Shown here in pieces: positions 58,395-64,000 of a DNA stretch of 64,000 nt. The position numbers were made by a program, and so were the translations under genes. Each line of letters opens with the position of its first letter. Within the stretch, counting starts at the first letter, position 1. The notes under the pieces were generated by a model, which was given only the letters and a program-made list of their open reading frames with translations, was not told the DNA's origin and searched no databases. The DNA comes from Octopus vulgaris (taxonomy: Eukaryota). The stretch covers positions 27,528,001 through 27,592,000 of the forward strand of contig OX597834.1 in the NCBI GenBank assembly GCA_951406725.2, in the 5' to 3' direction.

Positions 58395-59200
58395 CAGGGT
58401 GCGGCAAAATGACCTGACATATTTGTAGGTTTAATAAAAGCAAAATAGAGCAAAAAATGAAAATTATGTTGTTATTTTCGAAACGATTCTTATTTTTTTA
58501 CTGCCCACAAGGGGCTAAACATAGAGGGAACAAACAAGGACAGACAATCGGATTAAGTCGATTATATCGACCCCAGTGCGTAACTGGTACTTAATTTATC
58601 GACCTCGGCGGAATTTGAACTCAGAACGTAGCGGCAGACGAAATACCTATTTATTTACTACTCACAAGAGGCTAAACACAGAGAGGACAATGCCATTTTA
58701 TTTCATTTGATTTTAAAAATTAAATCAGTCAAGTGGGTGCCGTCAATGTTCACATACTCTCGAAGGCGTTCACAAAAGTTGTCCATAACTCGACGGGTCA
58801 TTTCATGTGGAATAGCAGCAATTTCTTGATGAATGACATCTTTTAAGTGTTAATTAGATCGAGGGCGATGAGTATATACCTTTATTTTCAGGTATCTCCA
58901 CAGAAGAAAATCGCACGGGTTCAAATCAGGTGGTCGGGCGGGCGGGCCAACCGATGTCATCGTGCATTGAGATTAAATGACTGGGGAACATCTCCATCAA
59001 AATCTCCATCGCACGTCGAGAAGTGTGGGCTGTTGCCCCAACCTGTTAAAGACAAACATTGTCCCTATCGTCAAGTTCCTTCAATTTGGGTTTCAGAAAC
59101 GTTTCTAGCATCACACAATATCGATCAGAGATCACAGTCACTGTAATATTGTCTTCGAAGATGTACGGACCACAAATACTGAATTACAACCGATTTTCTT
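58395..59200 (-). mobile_element. Tc1/mariner superfamily (maT/rosa-like) element 3' part
   Basis: TA|CAGGGTG terminus; minus strand F*QVGATAH and WPARPPDLNPCDFLLWRYLK; interrupted at about 58481-58689. Confidence 0.8.
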
Positions 59201-59201
59201 G

Positions 59202-59575
59202 AATGGCCCAGTGGTTAGGGCAGCGGACTCGAGGTCGGAGGATCGCGGTTTCGATTCCCAGACCGGGCATTGTGTGTGTTTATTGAGCGAAAACACCTAA
59301 AGCTCCACGAGGCTCCGGCAGGGGGTGGTGGTGAACCCTGCTGTACTCTTTCACCACAACTTTCTCTCGCTCTTTCTTCCTGTTTCTCTTGTACCTGTAT
59401 TTCAAAGGGCCATCCTTGTCACATTCTGTGTGTCACGCTGAATCTCCTCGAGAACTACGTTAAGGGTACACGTGTCTGTGGAGTGCTCAGCCACTTGCAC
59501 GTTAATATCACGAGCAAGCTGTTCCGTTGATCGTATCAGCTGGGACCCTCATCGTCGCAACCGACGAAGTGCTTC
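59202..59575 (+). mobile_element. SINE family B
   Basis: Homology to 3728-4112. Confidence 0.92.
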
Positions 59576-60265
59576 TATTACTCTTGAAATTTTATACACA
59601 GATGGAATATGCACTAAGGATGGGCTCAAACAAATAAATTTTTACCTAGGCCACTCAAGCAAAGCACAAGAGAATTTTTGATTAAATGATTAACGAAATT
59701 TGGCCTAAGTTGTTGCGGGGTAAAAATGTTCATCAATTATTTCTGCATTCTCAGCTAGCTGTAACGTATTTTCTTAACATCGGCACTTAAAATTACCAAT
59801 TCTAAACGTTGCAGCGTTGTGTGCTAAATTATGTAACATATATTTACTTATCACCTGCACTTAAAATTGTCGGTTCTAACCGTTATAATCGATATTTGAT
59901 TTTCACGATCAGTGGAACTATATCCATGAAACACAGTTGTCAAATTAAGTGTCTTTTTTCTAAATAATTTTTTGTTTACTTTTCGAAATTTTATGTTATT
60001 TTTCTTCATAGCACTCCTTTACAATTCCCTTCTTGATGTTTCCATTGATTATATATTTGCAGCTTTCCACTCAGCTGACCAAACGATTGCCATTTTCCAA
60101 TTCCACACGTATTTATTTGTATTATTGTTTCGTGAATGAATTTGCTTACGTCTTCTATTATCTGTCCTATGTTCTAATTTCATTTTTCGTCTGACAGAAA
60201 TTAGGCATTGTAATGGGTACTGGGAATACATCCCCGCTCCCGGGTATTACTCGGTAATTCAACTC

Positions 60266-60344
<79 letters not shown>

Positions 60345-60348
<4 letters not shown>

Positions 60349-60606
60349 TAAATTAAACATATGCATATATATATACATATATGTACGTACCTACCTCTAC
60401 ATGTATATATATACGCATATATGAGTACAGGACACCAAAAAAAACGTCGAACACAATGAGAAACGAAAACATAGACACAAACCCAAGGAACTGGACATTT
60501 CTCTTAAACAACAAAAAAGAAAAAAAAATAGAGTACAGGACAAATAACACACGGAAAAAAACCCTTCTTCAGTCGCCATGGTTTCATCTACTCTACGTTT
60601 CGAAGG
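60345..60606 (-). mobile_element. Family H repeat
   Basis: Homologous to 7715-8152 but without the tandem expansion; abuts (TA)n. Confidence 0.65.
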
Positions 60607-60833
60607 GTGCGGCTGGAAAGCTGCCCCGATTTCAAATGTTAATAAAAAACAAACACGTGAAGATGCAAAAAAAACTTTGTATTTCTCTGAAGTTCAATAT
60701 AAGTAATTTTGTTTTTCTGTTTCAGGTCGTACCCACTATGGCCTGGAGTGGAGAGCATCGTTTTTCTTTTCTTGTATCTTCATATGCTTGTTCTTTATCA
60801 ACCTTTGAAATCAGGCAACCTTTCTGCCGCACG

Positions 60834-60870
<37 letters not shown>

Positions 60871-61108
60871 CCTTAATAAATCTCCGAACGAGATGTAAAC
60901 AGTAACCGCTCGACAACGTAAAGTGTAAAAGCCATCTGAATGTGGCTAGCCACTGGGGGTGGGTGTTACTGACGCTTTTAGCCCCAGGAGATCGACGTCT
61001 CCAGCTGACCTTAGACACAATTTCTGTGCCCTTATGATATTTGCAAAGGGAGGTCATCCTCCCTCGAAAACCTAAGTGATACATACAGACTATAGTTTCA
61101 AGGTTTTG

Positions 61109-61179
<71 letters not shown>

Positions 61180-61579
61180 AATATTCATATATATACGACG
61201 GGCTTCTTTCAGTTTCAGTCCACCAAATTCACTAACAAGGCCTTCGTCGGGTCGAAGCTACCATAGAAGACACTTACCACACAGTCATACCTGTATGTAT
61301 ATATTTCAAAATGGTCGCCTTAGTTGTCCGTAATTAAGATATTCATTTAAATGCATTCATCAATTGTTCTATCGCTGTAATTAAAAAATTCAAACGTATT
61401 TATATCTTTTAAAACAATTGTTATTTCCAGATATCTCGGTTTGCGTGCTTCTCACGCAAAATAGTAGAAATAGAAAAAAAGATGTATGCAAACATACATA
61501 GATACACACACACACTCACACACACTCACAAACGCACTTACACACACATACACAACACACACATGCACACATATATGTA

Positions 61580-61615
<36 letters not shown>

Positions 61616-62259
61616 TGCGGGTGTTTACATATATACGTATATATATTTATATAAATATATATCTATATATATATATATATATATATATATAAGCACATAA
61701 GCATTCACATATGTATATTACATAATTACATTAATGTATATGTATGTGTCTGTAGAGTAAAGCACATATGAATATCTTACATAGATAAATATATGATGGT
61801 ATATATATGCGTATATATATATATGTATATATATAGATATATATGTGTGTGGGTACATATACATATATATATATATGCATGTGTGTGGCGTGTGTGTATA
61901 CATATACAGCTATATTTATCTCTCTCTATATATATATGGTAATGTATTCATAAAGAGTTGTATGATACATATATATATATACACATGCATAAGATATATA
62001 TGTGTGTGTATGTGTGTGTGTTTGTGTGTGTGTGTGTGTTTGAATGTATGTATATCTGATGCGTAGCTATTGTATACACTCACGTATCCCTACTTATTTT
62101 CAGCATCATTTACGTATTTCACAGCATATCTGTGAAACCTGACAAATTCTCCATAATTCCATTGTAAACCCGCTTATCATTGCTCAACGACAAATTAATC
62201 AGCGGCCATATTTAGTTGAAAAGTCACGTATCGATACACACACACACACACACACTCAA

Positions 62260-62295
<36 letters not shown>

Positions 62296-62347
62296 GTATG
62301 CACGCACGCAGACACACGTATAATATATGTGTGTATCTTTGTGTATC

Positions 62348-62391
<44 letters not shown>

Positions 62392-62525
62392 GAAGCAACC
62401 ACTGGATTCACTCTGTATAGTGTGTTTATGGTTAATACCGGTATGTAGACATTTGTGTACATATTCATCCGCTGGTGTCTGTACGTGTATTTGTGTTTGT
62501 CTACATATATACATACATACATACA

Positions 62526-62558
<33 letters not shown>

Positions 62559-62601
62559 TCATATACATATGTTCATACAAGAATACGCGCACATGCACAC
62601 A

Positions 62602-62632
<31 letters not shown>

Positions 62633-62757
62633 CAAACACAAACAAACAAACACACACACACACACACACAAATATATATATGCACAGAGAGAGAGAGGGG
62701 GAGAGAGAGACAGAGAGAGTGTTAGATTTTTAATAGAGGAGAAATGACAGCGACATA

Positions 62758-62785
62758 GACGTTTCGGCCCTCTAGCCTTCATCAG
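62758..62785 (-). ncRNA. Minimal hammerhead core (stem I not evident)
   Basis: CTGATGA-A-GGCT-agag-GGCC-GAAA-CGTC. Confidence 0.5.
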
Positions 62786-63039
62786 ACGGTTTGACGAACG
62801 ATAGCAGGCCGAAACTTCAAAGTCACAATTAGTCGTCTGGTAAAACATTGGTAACCATGCTCTCTAATTCTTCAGTTAAATGTCAAATTGCTTTTATATA
62901 CCACATGACACACATGGACACGGAAACACACACACACACACACACACACTCACACCCATCCACTCTCCTCGTACTTACACGCACACATACATGTATACAT
63001 CATTTGAAAGATACACACACACACACACACACATATATA

Positions 63040-63553
63040 TCTATATATATAAAACTGTAGTTGTGTGAGTGTCTGTCCCCTTCGATTTAGATTCCTAACT
63101 ACTCCCACATTTTGCGGTGCAGTTTAACCAAATTCGGGTATCTTATAGTCGTGATTAATATCGAGCCCGTCTGGGTATTAGCGCGCGTCTACGATGAGTC
63201 TACGATTTTAAAAATAATTTAACATAATTTTTTATTCCATGTTAATGCATAAATTTTTCGTGTGTCGATGGCGGCGGAGTTGGCGTCCATGGTCACACCT
63301 GCACCTGTTTGCTTTTCCCCCTTCTTCCCTCCCTCGTAAAGCTGTGGGGAAAGGAGTGTAAGGAAATCAATGTCGTAAAGCGTTGTCAAGGAGACCAGCG
63401 TTCTTTTAGAACAACGACTTCATGGCTTGAAGACACCAAAACAGAAATGGCTAAGAAAGCCCGAATTGGCATCTATAAGGGAAGTAACTCTCTAAAAATG
63501 CTTATATAGTTATTTCCCTTACAAACCCGAGCAACGCCGGGCGATACTGCTAG
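63040..63553 (+). mobile_element. Non-autonomous Helitron, family 1, long variant
   Basis: A|TCTATATATATAAAA ... CCCGAGCAACGCCGGG ... CTAG|T. Confidence 0.9.
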
Positions 63554-63944
63554 TATATATATACATATACATATATATATAAAACATATATGATATATGT
63601 AAAAAACACACATAGGTAGTCAGAGAGGGAAAGACAGAAAGAGAGAAAGAGAGAGAGAGAGAGAGAGAAGATCGTAAACTTCTTTTAACTCCTCTTAAAA
63701 TTTTTCAAAACGATAATTGTATTTTTGTGTATAATTAGTTAACCGCATTGTATTAATTCAGAAATATTGCCGCTTCTACGTTCCTAGGTCTTCATATATT
63801 GCTTCTCCAGTCTATACAACCGCAGTATCTTTTCCATTAGTGACATTTCGTACGTTCTTTTCCAAATGAGATATTATACATGTGTGTGCGAGATATAGAG
63901 AATACCAAACGAGTTCCCTATGGATACCGTATTTATTACAACGA

Positions 63945-64000
63945 GTGGCTTGTAAACGTATCTAACGAGCGAAAGCGAGTTAGATACGTGTACAAGCCAC
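63945..64000. repeat. Palindrome, probably the centre of a palindromic MITE running off the window
   Basis: GTGGCTTGTA.ACGTATCTAAC-GAGCGAAAGCGA-GTTAGATACGT.TACAAGCCAC. Confidence 0.75.

Overview
Non-coding, AT-rich, repeat-saturated eukaryotic DNA. The SINE types and microsatellite load point to an octopus/coleoid cephalopod (inference). No intact protein-coding gene is supported, and nearly all listed ORFs are translated microsatellites. The window holds four or more tRNA-derived SINE families (called A-D here), five non-autonomous Helitrons of two families, a full-length dead mariner, Tc1/maT-like fragments, and RTE, CR1-group and L1/Tx1 LINE fragments. The main unexplained signal is about ten minimal type-I hammerhead ribozyme motifs. 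They lie in short non-coding repeats that abut (TA)n tracts and often carry inverted partial repeats, consistent with Penelope-like pLTR/retrozyme-type elements. The best folds are at 35132-35230(-), 40485-40562(+) and 39993-40053(+). Also notable are headless 184-bp SINE concatemers in facing orientation and unique islands carrying ETS/CRE/E-box motifs. All coordinates and pairings were read by eye.
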